A DNA stretch of 64,000 nucleotides from an uncultured Candidatus Saccharibacteria bacterium (GCA_964360855.1 CAYHXV010000002.1:97-64096), one strand, 5' to 3'; positions 19,527-29,886 are shown, counted from the first letter of the stretch. Notes: generated by a model not told the origin, from the sequence alone. Numbers and translations: made by a program.

Positions 19527-20033
19527 ATGAAAAAGCGCTCTTTCTTCGAACGACTCTCTGCCACCACTCCTCCAGATGATATGGATGCGTTTGATGATGA
19601 CTTTCCTATTCAGCATCCCGGCATGCCCTACCAGGCAGCTACCCCCATGGGCGTGCATGATGTATCGAGCGTGGTGAAGACGGTGTCTGAAGAAGACCAG
19701 GGCGAGGGCCAGCTCCCCGTGGACGTATACCAAACGGCAAACGATATTATTATTCGTTCCTTTATCGCTGGAGTGCGCCCGGACGAAATGAATGTTTCTA
19801 TTAGTCGAGACAAGGTGGTTATCGAGGGCTCACGCGAGGAGCGCGACAGCGTTGTGGAGGGCGACTATTTTGCACGAGAGTTGTTCTGGGGCCGCTTTAC
19901 TCGCACCATACTATTGCCACAAGAGATAGATGTGGACGGGTCCACCGCCGCAGCTAAAGACGGGCTCCTCTCCATCACGATGCCCAAGCTTGATAAAACT
20001 CGACAGACAAAACTTAAGGTCAAGGCAGGTTAG
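19527..20033 (+). CDS. Hsp20/alpha-crystallin small heat shock protein
   Basis: VDVYQT, E..WG.F.R.I.LP, DG.L.I.MPK. Confidence 0.95.
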   Translation: MKKRSFFERLSATTPPDDMDAFDDDFPIQHPGMPYQAATPMGVHDVSSVVKTVSEEDQGEGQLPVDVYQTANDIIIRSFIAGVRPDEMNVSISRDKVVIEGSREERDSVVEGDYFARELFWGRFTRTILLPQEIDVDGSTAAAKDGLLSITMPKLDKTRQTKLKVKAG

Positions 20034-21121
20034 TGTGTTTCTTCGTGCAGTATTGGTGCGGTTAGTGTGGGTACGAGTGTGAACGGTACACGTCCAATAA
20101 CCTGTCCGCCAGGAGTCTCAACTGATACCCGCCACTTGCCTGAGCTATGAGGCGCAAACTCTGAATAGCCTCTATACCCTCCTGCGCGTCCTCCTGAAAT
20201 AGCAAACGGTATGCGGGACTCGGTGGTCCACGTTCCTGAAGACTCGTTATAGTACTCCCACCGATGTACAACTTGTGTCGAGAACTTAACCGGGGCCGCT
20301 ATGGCGCTATATGCATACAGAGTGGTACCAGAGGGTGCGTGTATTGTTCGAGGAGTAAGAACGTCGTACCAGGGTCGTGAGGTCTCACTCATTATCACGT
20401 ACCGCCCTTCTACCTTATGGAGTGCGTGATAGATACCAGACTCCGGCATGGTGAGGGGAATAGGGGGAAGAGCTCCGGTGAAATACGCTATGTTCACCAG
20501 CAACAAGGTGAGAAGTGTACCCGGAAGGGCGTAGCGCGAGCTTGAGCGCAGTTCCAGGCGATTGATACGAGAAAGGAGATAAAGGTACAGTCCAAAGATT
20601 ACAAGAGTTGCCCCAGTGCTTGCAAGGAATATGAGCGAGCTCAATCGGTCGAGCAGCAACGGAATGGCAAATATGAGATATGCATAAAGCGCAAAGAAAA
20701 GAAGGGTCAACTGAAAAGCGAGGTGCTTGTAGTACGTGCGGAAGAATTCGTTTCCGATAAATACTCCTGCCAGAAGCAAGAGAAACGGCCATGAGGCCGA
20801 GAACTCTGCGCTCTTCGTGTAGAAAATCATAAAGCCGGAGAGAAGGCTTCCAATGGCATATTGGGCCCCCAGAGGAGCCAAGATAGAGAGTGCACGCTTT
20901 CCGGTGTGCACATATTCGTGGGAGCGGGGGAATGAGACACCAATGAGAACCATGAGTCCAGCGAGCGTGAGATACCCAGCAAAAGCCAAGCTTGCGTATG
21001 CTACCGAAAGCACTGTGAAGGTAAACAGATCCACCCCAAATCCCAACACGAACGCTACGGCGCCTAAGTGTCGTTCGTTCTTCGCAGCAAAGGCCAGCAT
21101 CCGCGATATGGCTGCTTTCAT
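20030..21121 (-). CDS. Multi-pass membrane protein with DUF2914-like C-terminal domain
   Basis: Several TM helices; VVHRW...GGRAGGYRGYS...GKWRVSVET; ATG overlaps the tRNA-Phe CCA (alternative start 21100). Confidence 0.82.
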   Translation of the reverse strand: MKAAISRMLAFAAKNERHLGAVAFVLGFGVDLFTFTVLSVAYASLAFAGYLTLAGLMVLIGVSFPRSHEYVHTGKRALSILAPLGAQYAIGSLLSGFMIFYTKSAEFSASWPFLLLLAGVFIGNEFFRTYYKHLAFQLTLLFFALYAYLIFAIPLLLDRLSSLIFLASTGATLVIFGLYLYLLSRINRLELRSSSRYALPGTLLTLLLVNIAYFTGALPPIPLTMPESGIYHALHKVEGRYVIMSETSRPWYDVLTPRTIHAPSGTTLYAYSAIAAPVKFSTQVVHRWEYYNESSGTWTTESRIPFAISGGRAGGYRGYSEFAPHSSGKWRVSVETPGGQVIGRVPFTLVPTLTAPILHEETH

Positions 21122-21196
21122 GGTGCTTGGGACAGGACTTGAACCTGCAACCCCTTCCGCTTCAAGGAAATGCTCTACCAATTGAGCTACCCAAGC
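21121..21196 (-). tRNA. tRNA-Phe(GAA)
   Basis: Cloverleaf; anticodon loop TT-GAA-GC; encoded CCA. Confidence 0.95.
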
Positions 21197-21241
21197 AATA
21201 AAGCCACTTTATCACAACGGCTCCGTATTTTCACCTCGAAC

Positions 21242-21604
21242 CTAGGGCGCCCCCTGCCCCTTGAATTCCCCAAATGCTTTTTGGAATTCTGCAGAGGAAG
21301 GGATGCCAAATGCTGAGGGATTCTCCATCACGGTTGTCTTAATGAACTCAACTATAGGCTGAAAGAAGATAACCGGCAGACCAAGTACGAGTGCCCAGAA
21401 GATAAGCTTTACCCAAAAGCCGATAGTGTCCATAAACCGCATGTTCTTCAAAATACGATTGTTCTCCTCGCTCAATTCGAGATTGCGTTCAAGCATTTGA
21501 GAAAGACTCCCTGCATTCGCCATGATGTTCATGGCGGGTGGCGTGTGTGGCGGAAGCGGTACTTTGGCGGGAGCTTCTGACTTGCTTGGGGTGACGGGTT
21601 CCAT
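21242..21604 (-). CDS. Hypothetical single-TM protein
   Basis: LE.NLELSEENN.IL..M motif plus TM helix; TATAAT 6 nt upstream. Confidence 0.8.
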   Translation of the reverse strand: MEPVTPSKSEAPAKVPLPPHTPPAMNIMANAGSLSQMLERNLELSEENNRILKNMRFMDTIGFWVKLIFWALVLGLPVIFFQPIVEFIKTTVMENPSAFGIPSSAEFQKAFGEFKGQGAP

Positions 21605-21625
21605 GGGTGGATTATAGCATCGACA

Positions 21626-22219
21626 TTACTTCCGAAGCATTCGCCTTATGGCGGGAAGTACGAGACACGCATAGAGGGTGCCCACCGTGAGTACCAGCAC
21701 AATTGGGTACAACCACACTGCCACACCTGTATCTGTGCCAAGCACCACCGTTACTAGGTTGAGCAATACACCAATAAAGAATAGAGACCAGGCCACCATA
21801 CTTTCACTGGTTGGATCTATGGTGGCTTTCCGTATGGTAGGAATGTACCCGCTTACGTAAATTCCCAGGTTCATAAGTAATGCAACAAACGCATCACGCG
21901 TGAAGAAGAGAATGATGAGGCTGGCCACACTGATAGCAAGGGATATTCGGTCTGTGGGAGACCAGCCACCAACTCCAAGTCGAAGTGAAAGGAGAAAAAT
22001 ACCAATACATCCAAGTGCGTCTGCAACCGGAACCCAGATGGCTTCGTTTGTTCCTGTCTCGTGCACACCAAACAAAATAATAGTTGTTGAAAGAGCCCAG
22101 ATGAACCAACTGGCTCTGTTGGGAATAGTCTTCTTCTTAATCACTTCGTATATATAGGGGACATACCCCGAGATCAGAAAGACACCGGAAACAATACCCA
22201 GGAGCTCGGGGAGATTCAT
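21626..22219 (-). CDS. Integral membrane protein (PQ-loop-like duplicated repeat)
   Basis: Y.PY...PNRASWFIW and PT.RK..P..ES...W repeats. Confidence 0.8.
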   Translation of the reverse strand: MNLPELLGIVSGVFLISGYVPYIYEVIKKKTIPNRASWFIWALSTTIILFGVHETGTNEAIWVPVADALGCIGIFLLSLRLGVGGWSPTDRISLAISVASLIILFFTRDAFVALLMNLGIYVSGYIPTIRKATIDPTSESMVAWSLFFIGVLLNLVTVVLGTDTGVAVWLYPIVLVLTVGTLYACLVLPAIRRMLRK

Positions 22220-22241
22220 GACTTCAGTATAGCTGATGTAT

Positions 22242-22316
22242 TGGTGTCCCCCCCAGGAGTCGAACCTGGATCAAAGGTTTAGGAAACCTCTATTCTATCC
22301 ATTGAACTAAAGGGAC
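22242..22316 (-). tRNA. tRNA-Arg(CCT)
   Basis: Cloverleaf; anticodon loop TT-CCT-AA; encoded CCA. Confidence 0.95.
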
Positions 22317-22336
22317 GCTCACCAATGGAGGGTAGC

Positions 22337-22371
22337 ACAAAACCCCACGACTTTTGAGTCGCGGGGTTTTG
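22337..22371 (-). terminator. Terminator after glutaredoxin
   Basis: CAAAACCCCACGAC...GTCGCGGGGTTTTG inverted repeat. Confidence 0.7.
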
Positions 22372-22380
22372 ATAGAGAAC

Positions 22381-22635
22381 CTATGCTGCTGGAGTCTCTT
22401 CAAGCCCCAACTCACTCACAAACTTCTTCTTATCAAAGCCAATGATCATCTCGTCTCCAATGAAGACAACGGGTACCCCCATCTGTCCGCTCTTATCAAT
22501 CATCTCCTGACGTTTCTCCATGTCTGAAGCAACATTGTATTCTGTGTATGGAACATTGTGCTCCTTAAAGAATTCCTTGCTCATCTGGCAGAAGTGGCAG
22601 GTTGGCGTGCTGTATATTGTGACGGTTTTATCCAT
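22381..22635 (-). CDS. Glutaredoxin / NrdH-redoxin
   Basis: YSTPTCHFC, SGQMGVP, GFD. Confidence 0.93.
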   Translation of the reverse strand: MDKTVTIYSTPTCHFCQMSKEFFKEHNVPYTEYNVASDMEKRQEMIDKSGQMGVPVVFIGDEMIIGFDKKKFVSELGLEETPAA

Positions 22636-22694
22636 AGGTTCCTATTTAGTGTTCCGAAAGTATATCACGCTCACTTATTTGACGAGTATAAAAG

Positions 22695-22729
22695 AATAGA
22701 CCCACTCCGCTCTGCGGAATGGGCCTATT
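22695..22729 (-). terminator. Terminator of the beta-barrel gene
   Basis: AATAGGCCCATTCCGC-AGA-GCGGAGTGGGTCTATT-CTTTT on the minus strand. Confidence 0.7.
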
Positions 22730-22749
22730 TCGAGTGAAAGATCGTCGGC

Positions 22750-23391
22750 CTACTTGCCGAAGGTCCAGCGGACGCCGGCGGTCCAGGTTTCCTGTTGGAA
22801 GCCGGTGTCTCCGGACCCCCAGGTGGAATTCCAGGACATCCTGGTCAGATTGGCTCGCTCGTAGGCCAGGGTGGCCGAGAAGCGATCGCTCAGCGGGTAG
22901 CTGATGCCGGCCCCGTAGTATGGACCAGCCGCGTAGGTGGGCTGCTCGTACGAGCCGGTCGGGTAGGCTCCACCGGAGTCGTACCTGGAGCCCTCCGTGA
23001 CCTGGGCGACGCGAACGCCGCCTGAGACGAAGACCTGAACAGGTCCGACATTGTGCCCGATCTTGAGGCCGAGCGAGCCCGACCAGTCCATCTGACGATA
23101 CTCGTGGTCGAACTCGTCGTAGCCGCACGAAGTCACCTTGCAGGTCTGGATGACCTGCTCGGCGGCGACGTTGCCGATCATCGAGCCCACTTCCGCGGCG
23201 ACGGTGAAGTCGTCGTCGAAGAACACGTGGCCGGCGCGAATGTCCACAACCGTCCCGGACGGGGACAGATTGTAGGTGTTCGTGGAACCGGCGTCGGTGT
23301 TACCGACCGCAAGGCTGACGTAGTTCTGGGCGCTGGCGGTGCCAGCGAACAGAGCCGCGGCAACAGCCGCGGCGAGAGCGAACATACGCAT
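22750..23391 (-). CDS. Outer-membrane beta-barrel protein (OmpA/Omp25-like, about 8 strands)
   Basis: Signal peptide ending ASA|Q, alternating beta-strands, YYGAGISY, C-terminal AGVRWTFGK; CAGGAG SD. Confidence 0.8.
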   Translation of the reverse strand: MRMFALAAAVAAALFAGTASAQNYVSLAVGNTDAGSTNTYNLSPSGTVVDIRAGHVFFDDDFTVAAEVGSMIGNVAAEQVIQTCKVTSCGYDEFDHEYRQMDWSGSLGLKIGHNVGPVQVFVSGGVRVAQVTEGSRYDSGGAYPTGSYEQPTYAAGPYYGAGISYPLSDRFSATLAYERANLTRMSWNSTWGSGDTGFQQETWTAGVRWTFGK

Positions 23392-23485
23392 CGTATTTTC
23401 TCCTGAATGGGACAAGAGGACTGATTCCTCTTACCTATTTATACTAGCATATACTTGTGTGTATGTCAATACTATTGTATGAATA

Positions 23486-23845
23486 TTACCAGAATCCGGC
23501 CCAGTTGAAGGCTTTTTTCCACCAGGGGAGCTTCATGGTGGTGGTGGCTTCCGTTGGAGGAACCACAATAATGACCTCCTCTCCGGGCTTTGCTACCCCA
23601 TGCGTTTGCCTAAGCGTTGCTTCCTTCCCGCGCTCTGTGGAAAGCTCAGCAATATTTGCGGTGAGGAGGCGCTCACGCTCCTTGAGGGTTGCGAGCTCTA
23701 CCCGCGTACCCGATACTGCGTGACGAGCTATCTCCTCTTTACGAGCGATACCCCACACAATCCAGAGCAACCATAGGATAAGGAGTACGAGCAGGCCCGC
23801 GAGAATATACTCGCGTATGCGTTTCTTGGTTGGTCGTCGTGGCAT
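23486..23845 (-). CDS. Septum formation initiator (FtsB/DivIC family)
   Basis: TM helix, coiled coil, E...R...G..KPGE.VI motif. Confidence 0.85.
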   Translation of the reverse strand: MPRRPTKKRIREYILAGLLVLLILWLLWIVWGIARKEEIARHAVSGTRVELATLKERERLLTANIAELSTERGKEATLRQTHGVAKPGEEVIIVVPPTEATTTMKLPWWKKAFNWAGFW

Positions 23846-23869
23846 TACTGCCCAGTATACCAGTGCCGG

Positions 23870-25660
23870 CTACCGCTCTGAATCCTGCACCATCTTCATA
23901 AACACCTCCTGGGGAATATCCATCTTGGCGTGCGCTCCGCGACGCTTCTTTCCCTTCTTCTGTTTCTCAAGAAGTTTCATTTTGCGAGTAATGTCTCCCC
24001 CATACAAATACCCGGTTACGTCTTTTCGCAATGCTGAAATGCTCCTTGATGCCAAAATGCGTCCGAGAGCATGTGCCTGAATCTTAAGCACAAACATCTG
24101 GCGGGGAAGTATGCCGTGCAGTTTCTCCACCATGCGCTCACCTTCTTCCTCCACTCGCCTCCGAGATACCACGCGCGCAAATGCCGGCACTGGCTCCTCT
24201 GCTACAAATATCTCGAGCTTCACCACGTCTGCAGGTCGCTCATCAAGAAACTCATAGGAGAGTGAGGCGTACCCCGAGGATACGTTCTTTACCCGATCAA
24301 AGAATCCACGCATAAGTTCTCGCAGGGGCATCTCAGCCACGAGCTCTATGCGTCCATCTAGGTGTGTCTGGGTGTCCATCACCGCTCCCTCGTGATCATG
24401 AAAGAGTTGAATCATGCCCGAGAGTGCGTCTGGAGGGGTGATAAGCACCACCTTCACCCAGGGTTCCTCAATAGCCACAATGTCTCCAAACGCAGGGAAC
24501 TTAGAGGCAGTATAGATAGTCTCTCGAATACCCTTCTTGTCCGTCACGGTGTAGGCAATGGTGGGGATGGTAACAATAAGTTCAAGATTGAACTCGCGCT
24601 TCAGACGCTCCGTCACAATCTCAAGGTGAAGCATGCCGAGAAAGCCACACCGAAATCCCCTCCCCAGTACTCCTGAAGACTCTTCTTCAAAGGAGAGCGA
24701 GGAGTCGGAAAGTCTCAGACGTTCAAGCGCTTGTCTGAGTTCCGTGAGTGTATCTTGGTTTTCAGGATACACCGATGCCCACACCACGGGACGAGGGAGC
24801 TCAAACCCTGATAATGGCTCGGCACCCTTTCTATCGGTTAATACCGTGTCTCCCACCGCAACCACACCCGCTTCTTTCACCCCCGTCACCAGGTACCCAA
24901 TCTCGCCACTTGAAAGGGAATCGGTGGTGACCTCGTCCGGCATGAATATACCCGTCTCAAGAACCGTGAAGCGTTGCCCTGCTGCGGCAAAGCGAAGCAC
25001 GTCTCCTTTCTTAAAACTCCCATCAAAGATACGGGCGAAGACCGTAATGCCGCGGTGGGTGGAAAAGGAGAAATCAAAAATGAGTGCGCGCGCGTCTATG
25101 CCTTCGCTCGCTCGGGGCGCAGGAACCCGTTCCACAATCGCTTCCAGAAGCGCCTCAACTCCCTCTCCGGTACGTCCCGATACGGCAAGAATGGTCTCGG
25201 GTTCCACCTGAAGGAGTTCTGCTAACTCAAGAGACACCTCATCCACACGCGCGGCAGGGGAATCAATCTTTGAAAGTACCGGGATAATCACACACCCGGC
25301 CTTTCGCGCCATACCAAGTGTGGTCAGAGTCTGTGCCTGAATACCCTGTGTGGAGTCCACCAAAAGAATAACTCCCTCAACAGCAGAGAGTGCTCGCGAT
25401 ACTTCATACGCAAAATCGATGTGCCCGGGAGTATCAATAAGATTGAGTACATACTCGGTACCGTCCAGTGCCCGGTACTTCATTCGTGCCGGCTGCATCT
25501 TGATGGTGATACCCCGCTCGCGTTCAAGATCCATCTTATCAAGAACCTGGTCCCGCATCTTACGCGCCTCTATAGTTCCCGTACGTTCAAGTAGTCTATC
25601 GGCAAGCGTAGACTTCCCATGATCGATGTGGGCAATAATACTAAAGTTTCTGATGTTCAT
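23870..25660 (-). CDS. lepA: Elongation factor 4
   Basis: IRNFSIIAHIDHGKSTLADR, GFRCGFLGMLH, YGGDITRK.KLLEKQK. Confidence 0.99.
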   Translation of the reverse strand: MNIRNFSIIAHIDHGKSTLADRLLERTGTIEARKMRDQVLDKMDLERERGITIKMQPARMKYRALDGTEYVLNLIDTPGHIDFAYEVSRALSAVEGVILLVDSTQGIQAQTLTTLGMARKAGCVIIPVLSKIDSPAARVDEVSLELAELLQVEPETILAVSGRTGEGVEALLEAIVERVPAPRASEGIDARALIFDFSFSTHRGITVFARIFDGSFKKGDVLRFAAAGQRFTVLETGIFMPDEVTTDSLSSGEIGYLVTGVKEAGVVAVGDTVLTDRKGAEPLSGFELPRPVVWASVYPENQDTLTELRQALERLRLSDSSLSFEEESSGVLGRGFRCGFLGMLHLEIVTERLKREFNLELIVTIPTIAYTVTDKKGIRETIYTASKFPAFGDIVAIEEPWVKVVLITPPDALSGMIQLFHDHEGAVMDTQTHLDGRIELVAEMPLRELMRGFFDRVKNVSSGYASLSYEFLDERPADVVKLEIFVAEEPVPAFARVVSRRRVEEEGERMVEKLHGILPRQMFVLKIQAHALGRILASRSISALRKDVTGYLYGGDITRKMKLLEKQKKGKKRRGAHAKMDIPQEVFMKMVQDSER

Positions 25661-25678
25661 TGAAATATAAACGCACGC

Positions 25679-27358
25679 TTATGAGGTTGCTCCATCTCCA
25701 AGGGCACTGTCTGAAGCGGGCAGTGCCTTTGTGGTTAAGCGCTTCAGAGAATCCCTCAAGTCTTGGAATTCTTGATTGCGAAGACTGGCGAGGACTCCCA
25801 CCGCCACCAGTAGACCCACCATACCAGCGATGATGCCCTGCGTGAAGACGGCATGGGTGGTGGTGAGTGGCTCAAGATGCCCCATGAACGAGAGGACGCC
25901 GTAGCTGGCAGCACCCCCAAGTATGCCACTTCCGAGAGCTTGAAAGAGTGGGCGCACGAGAGAGCGAGCCACACCTGGCGCAACCCGACTCAAAGTAATA
26001 AGAGCCACTCCCGCCACAATGAGTTGCCCCACGGTAGCACCAATAGCAATGAACAAAATATCAGCGCCACCAACGTCAGACACTCGGAAGAGCGCTTCAA
26101 CAAAATAGCGCACCGGTGGATACTGACCCGCAAGCCACATACCTCCAAGGGCCACCAGCACTGAAACACCAATGTCTCCCAGTTGCATGATGAGCGGATT
26201 CCATGAGCGTTGCGCGGCATAAAACGCACGAGCGCACAGAAGAATCAATCCCTGAGCGGCAAGGGCAACAATTAAAATACCCAGAATTGCCGCGGTGAGG
26301 CGGGTGTCATTCCAAGAAAATGCACCCGTGCCAAGTACGATACGCACAATATGTGCACGAAGCACAATGGTGAGCACCATAATAATGGTGGACCAAAAGA
26401 TGATATGCCGAGCTGCCGCACTGATGGTATCTCGATACGCCGCCCCTTGTTTTTTCCGATGATGCTCGGCAAGTACGGGAAATGCCGCCGTTGCGTAGGC
26501 TGCACCGATAAGAGAGAGCGGGACTGCTTCCAAGTTACTTGCAAACGTAAAGACGGAGACTCCTCCTTCTCCGGTGCGTGCCGCAAGGATGGTAAGGGCG
26601 AGCGTCACAAACGCTCCCATACCAAGCGCAAGCGAGCGCGGGAGTGAGTCTTTCATCACGGACCAGATAACGCGTGGCTTCGGAATGGTTGGGAGTGGAA
26701 AAAGGCCTGCACCCGCAAGCACGGGAAGGTGAATGAGAAGATGCAATAACGCTCCCGCCACCACTCCCATACCCACACCTGCAAGTCCATACAGCGGGTA
26801 CAGGAAAAGCGTTCCGCCAATGATACCGAGGTTGTAGAGCACGGGGGAAAGTGCAAAGAGTGCAAAGCGTCGCTTCACCTGCGTCACACTCGTCGCAATT
26901 CCCGATAGCCCAAGAATGATTGGCTGCAAGAGAAGTAGTCGGGTGAGCAATACAAATTCATCCGCGTACGCGCCCTGCATGAGTGCGGGGTACATGAGTG
27001 AAAGCACCGAGGGGGCAGCAATTGCAAGAGCGGCACACAATACTCCTCCGGCAACAAAAAGAAAGGAAGCGGCCTGCGAAATAAGCATCCTATTTTCTGA
27101 AGGTGTCCCACCGCTAATTCGAGGAATAAGCACATACGCTGACACTAGAGACGCAACCAGTGCAAATACCAGATCAGTCACAAGAAATGCTGCGTAGTAG
27201 AGATCAAGCATCTCTCCCGCACCGAATTGATGAGCAAACAAGCGGTCTCGCACCAGTGCAAGTAGTTGGGACGCTAGCGTGAGGGACGCAAGCAAGTACG
27301 CAGCCTGATGAAGGCCGCGTACGGGCTTGGTGATGGTCTTGATGAGTGCGCTGACCAT
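25679..27358 (-). CDS. murJ: Lipid II flippase MurJ
   Basis: LALVRD...FGAG..D.Y.AAF, P.LYN.GII, RAFYA; about 14 TM helices. Confidence 0.92.
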   Translation of the reverse strand: MVSALIKTITKPVRGLHQAAYLLASLTLASQLLALVRDRLFAHQFGAGEMLDLYYAAFLVTDLVFALVASLVSAYVLIPRISGGTPSENRMLISQAASFLFVAGGVLCAALAIAAPSVLSLMYPALMQGAYADEFVLLTRLLLLQPIILGLSGIATSVTQVKRRFALFALSPVLYNLGIIGGTLFLYPLYGLAGVGMGVVAGALLHLLIHLPVLAGAGLFPLPTIPKPRVIWSVMKDSLPRSLALGMGAFVTLALTILAARTGEGGVSVFTFASNLEAVPLSLIGAAYATAAFPVLAEHHRKKQGAAYRDTISAAARHIIFWSTIIMVLTIVLRAHIVRIVLGTGAFSWNDTRLTAAILGILIVALAAQGLILLCARAFYAAQRSWNPLIMQLGDIGVSVLVALGGMWLAGQYPPVRYFVEALFRVSDVGGADILFIAIGATVGQLIVAGVALITLSRVAPGVARSLVRPLFQALGSGILGGAASYGVLSFMGHLEPLTTTHAVFTQGIIAGMVGLLVAVGVLASLRNQEFQDLRDSLKRLTTKALPASDSALGDGATS

Positions 27359-27376
27359 CGTACTACTCTATAACCA

Positions 27377-29797
27377 CTACGGGGTCGGTTCCGTTACGGT
27401 GCGAGGAATACCAAGAGCGCCAAGACGTGAAGCAGGGAATGGATTCTTGCCAGCCTTCAGAGCTGCAATATCTCCTGATACCGCGGTTGCGTTCTCAGGA
27501 GAAAGAGCGGCAACTGCCTCAAGTGCTTCGATAGCCTTTGGATACTCTCCCACGATTGAGTACATGACTCCGAGGAAGAAGCGAGCGTTTGCATACTGTG
27601 GATTCAGATCAGCAGCATGAGAGAGTGCTGCAATTGCGCCTGCAGTGTCTCCATTTGCCGAGCGAAGAATACCAACCTGGAAAGCAACCGCTGGATCGTT
27701 TGGTGCAAAGTATGCAGCAGCTTCAGCAGCCTGGAGTGCCTCTTTTGCCTTTCCGAGCTGCACCTCAATCTGAGACAAGAGGAACACTGCCTGGGTGAAG
27801 TCGTGCTTCAGGGTGATGGCTTCAAGAAGTGACGCTTCAGCTGCCTTCGCATCCCCTTGGGCAATCTCAAGCTGGGCAACCACGTATGGCAGTGTTGGAT
27901 TTGTCGGACTTAGGGCAATGGCACGGGCGTATGCCGTCTTTGCATTCTGGTATGCTCCCTCAATCTTAAGAGGCACTACCGTTGCATACACGTTGCCAAG
28001 CATCACCCAGTTCTGATAGTTATCAGGACCAAGGCGCGTTGCGGTAAGCGCGTTCTCAATACTTATTGAGAGTGCTGCCTGGAACTTCTGCTGTGCGTCT
28101 GTTGGGGAGAGTGTCGTATCCGCAGCAACTTCCTGCATGCGCGCAACCCCTATGGCTGCTGCAAGCTGGTACCCTCGATCACTTGCGGCAAACAGAAGGG
28201 AGCGGCTCGTGGCTGCTTCAGCTTTTTCAAGCGTCCCTGCTTGAAGTGCGGCACCTGCATTCTGATAAGCAACGCTTCCGAGATAACGTTCAACAACGAC
28301 ATACACTGCCAAGATTGAGGCAAGGAGGAGAAGAGTAAGTCCAAACACAATCACAAATCCCACACGAGGACTACGCGCAAAGATAATTCCCCACTCGCGC
28401 GCTCCTGAGCTGTATCGCATCGTCGAGACGAAGATACCGGCGAGAATAAATCCTGCAAGAAGAACAATTGGCCCTGGCACGGCAAATATCGCAAGACCCA
28501 TCACATAGAGGAATCCCACAAAGGATGCAACACTCGTGAATCTGGCAAAAGGGTCTTGAGGGGCTCGCAAGAGAAGCATGCGTAGACCAAAGAAGATAAA
28601 GAGTGCGAGGAACGCTATCCAGGCGAATGCACCCACGGCACCTGTCGTAATGAAGGACGTAGGGACATAGCCAATGCCAGACACGAAGTCAATATTCCAG
28701 AAGACAGTGTCGTTCAGTGAGCGATCCCGGAACTTGAGCCACTCGCTGCCGAATGTTCCAGGACCCGATCCAAAGAGCGGTGAAGATGCGTACGTGTGGC
28801 TACCAATGTCAAACGTGGACTGCCATGACGGACGCACATCAACCACATTTGCTCCCATACTGTTTACGAGCGCCGTACCAATGGTTGAGCCGCCAATAAT
28901 GAAGAACAGGGCAATAGCAAGGGTCGCCAGAGGAGCAATAAGCGTATGCATAGAGAAGTCACTGCGCTCACCCTCATATTCTTTTTCTGAAAGCATCAGT
29001 GCCACTCCATCGAGGTCTGAGTCGTCCGCATGCGGGCGATTCTTCATAATCGCTTCTATAAAGAGACCGAAGGAAACAACCGCAATAAGCATCCAGATTA
29101 GTCCTGAGTTCACCACGGCAAGTACGAAGAGGGTTGCCCCGCCGCCAACAAGAATAAGTTTTCGTGTTCGAGAAGATATTTCCAAGAAGCGAAGCGTGAG
29201 GAGACCAAGGGTAATACCAAGCCCGAGCAACATGCCGAGGTCCGAGAAAGAACCAACCAGGTTCATTGTTGAAGCTACCTTCGTGGGGAATACTCGACTA
29301 GTAACAAATACGAGAACCTGCACGACCACAATGAATGCGAGCGCAAATCCACCGGTCTTGAAGAGGGTTTGGTAGCTACTGGTGCGGCGGAACGCGAGCG
29401 CCGTGAGTGTAGCCAGAACCGCAAGGATAAGTACGAACCCAAGCGTATCCGCTTCGAATTCAGTTCCAAAGAATCCGGCATGGATACCTACTCCCGAAAA
29501 CAGTGCCGAGAAGAGATACGCAGCAGGCACAATCCAGATGGCGCCAAGGAGCGGAAGTGGCGGCACAATAGCGTTCCCCCGAGTGAGGCGAGCAAGAATA
29601 TAGAACGCAAGTGCAAGTAGTGCACCAATAGCAACGAGTGACACCTTGGTTCCTAAGAAGGGAATGTTCACGCCAGGAATAAAGAGAATGGCGCCAAGTA
29701 CCAAGGTAGCGACTACTGCAAGAATAGCGAGTGAATCGAATGAAAAACGACGTGCACGCGAAGCTCGTACACCGGTTGCTGATTGCTGAGTATCCAT
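27377..29797 (-). CDS. O-antigen-ligase-like membrane protein with C-terminal TPR repeats
   Basis: Many TM helices, PLFGSGPGTF (Wzy_C-like) motif, TPR repeats. Confidence 0.8.
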   Translation of the reverse strand: MDTQQSATGVRASRARRFSFDSLAILAVVATLVLGAILFIPGVNIPFLGTKVSLVAIGALLALAFYILARLTRGNAIVPPLPLLGAIWIVPAAYLFSALFSGVGIHAGFFGTEFEADTLGFVLILAVLATLTALAFRRTSSYQTLFKTGGFALAFIVVVQVLVFVTSRVFPTKVASTMNLVGSFSDLGMLLGLGITLGLLTLRFLEISSRTRKLILVGGGATLFVLAVVNSGLIWMLIAVVSFGLFIEAIMKNRPHADDSDLDGVALMLSEKEYEGERSDFSMHTLIAPLATLAIALFFIIGGSTIGTALVNSMGANVVDVRPSWQSTFDIGSHTYASSPLFGSGPGTFGSEWLKFRDRSLNDTVFWNIDFVSGIGYVPTSFITTGAVGAFAWIAFLALFIFFGLRMLLLRAPQDPFARFTSVASFVGFLYVMGLAIFAVPGPIVLLAGFILAGIFVSTMRYSSGAREWGIIFARSPRVGFVIVFGLTLLLLASILAVYVVVERYLGSVAYQNAGAALQAGTLEKAEAATSRSLLFAASDRGYQLAAAIGVARMQEVAADTTLSPTDAQQKFQAALSISIENALTATRLGPDNYQNWVMLGNVYATVVPLKIEGAYQNAKTAYARAIALSPTNPTLPYVVAQLEIAQGDAKAAEASLLEAITLKHDFTQAVFLLSQIEVQLGKAKEALQAAEAAAYFAPNDPAVAFQVGILRSANGDTAGAIAALSHAADLNPQYANARFFLGVMYSIVGEYPKAIEALEAVAALSPENATAVSGDIAALKAGKNPFPASRLGALGIPRTVTEPTP

Positions 29798-29886
29798 ATT
29801 AATTTTTATATGCGCTGCCCACTACTTACTAATGGGGTAAGTATAGCTCATACGTACTACGGACACGCAAATCAGGTGGGGAAAGC

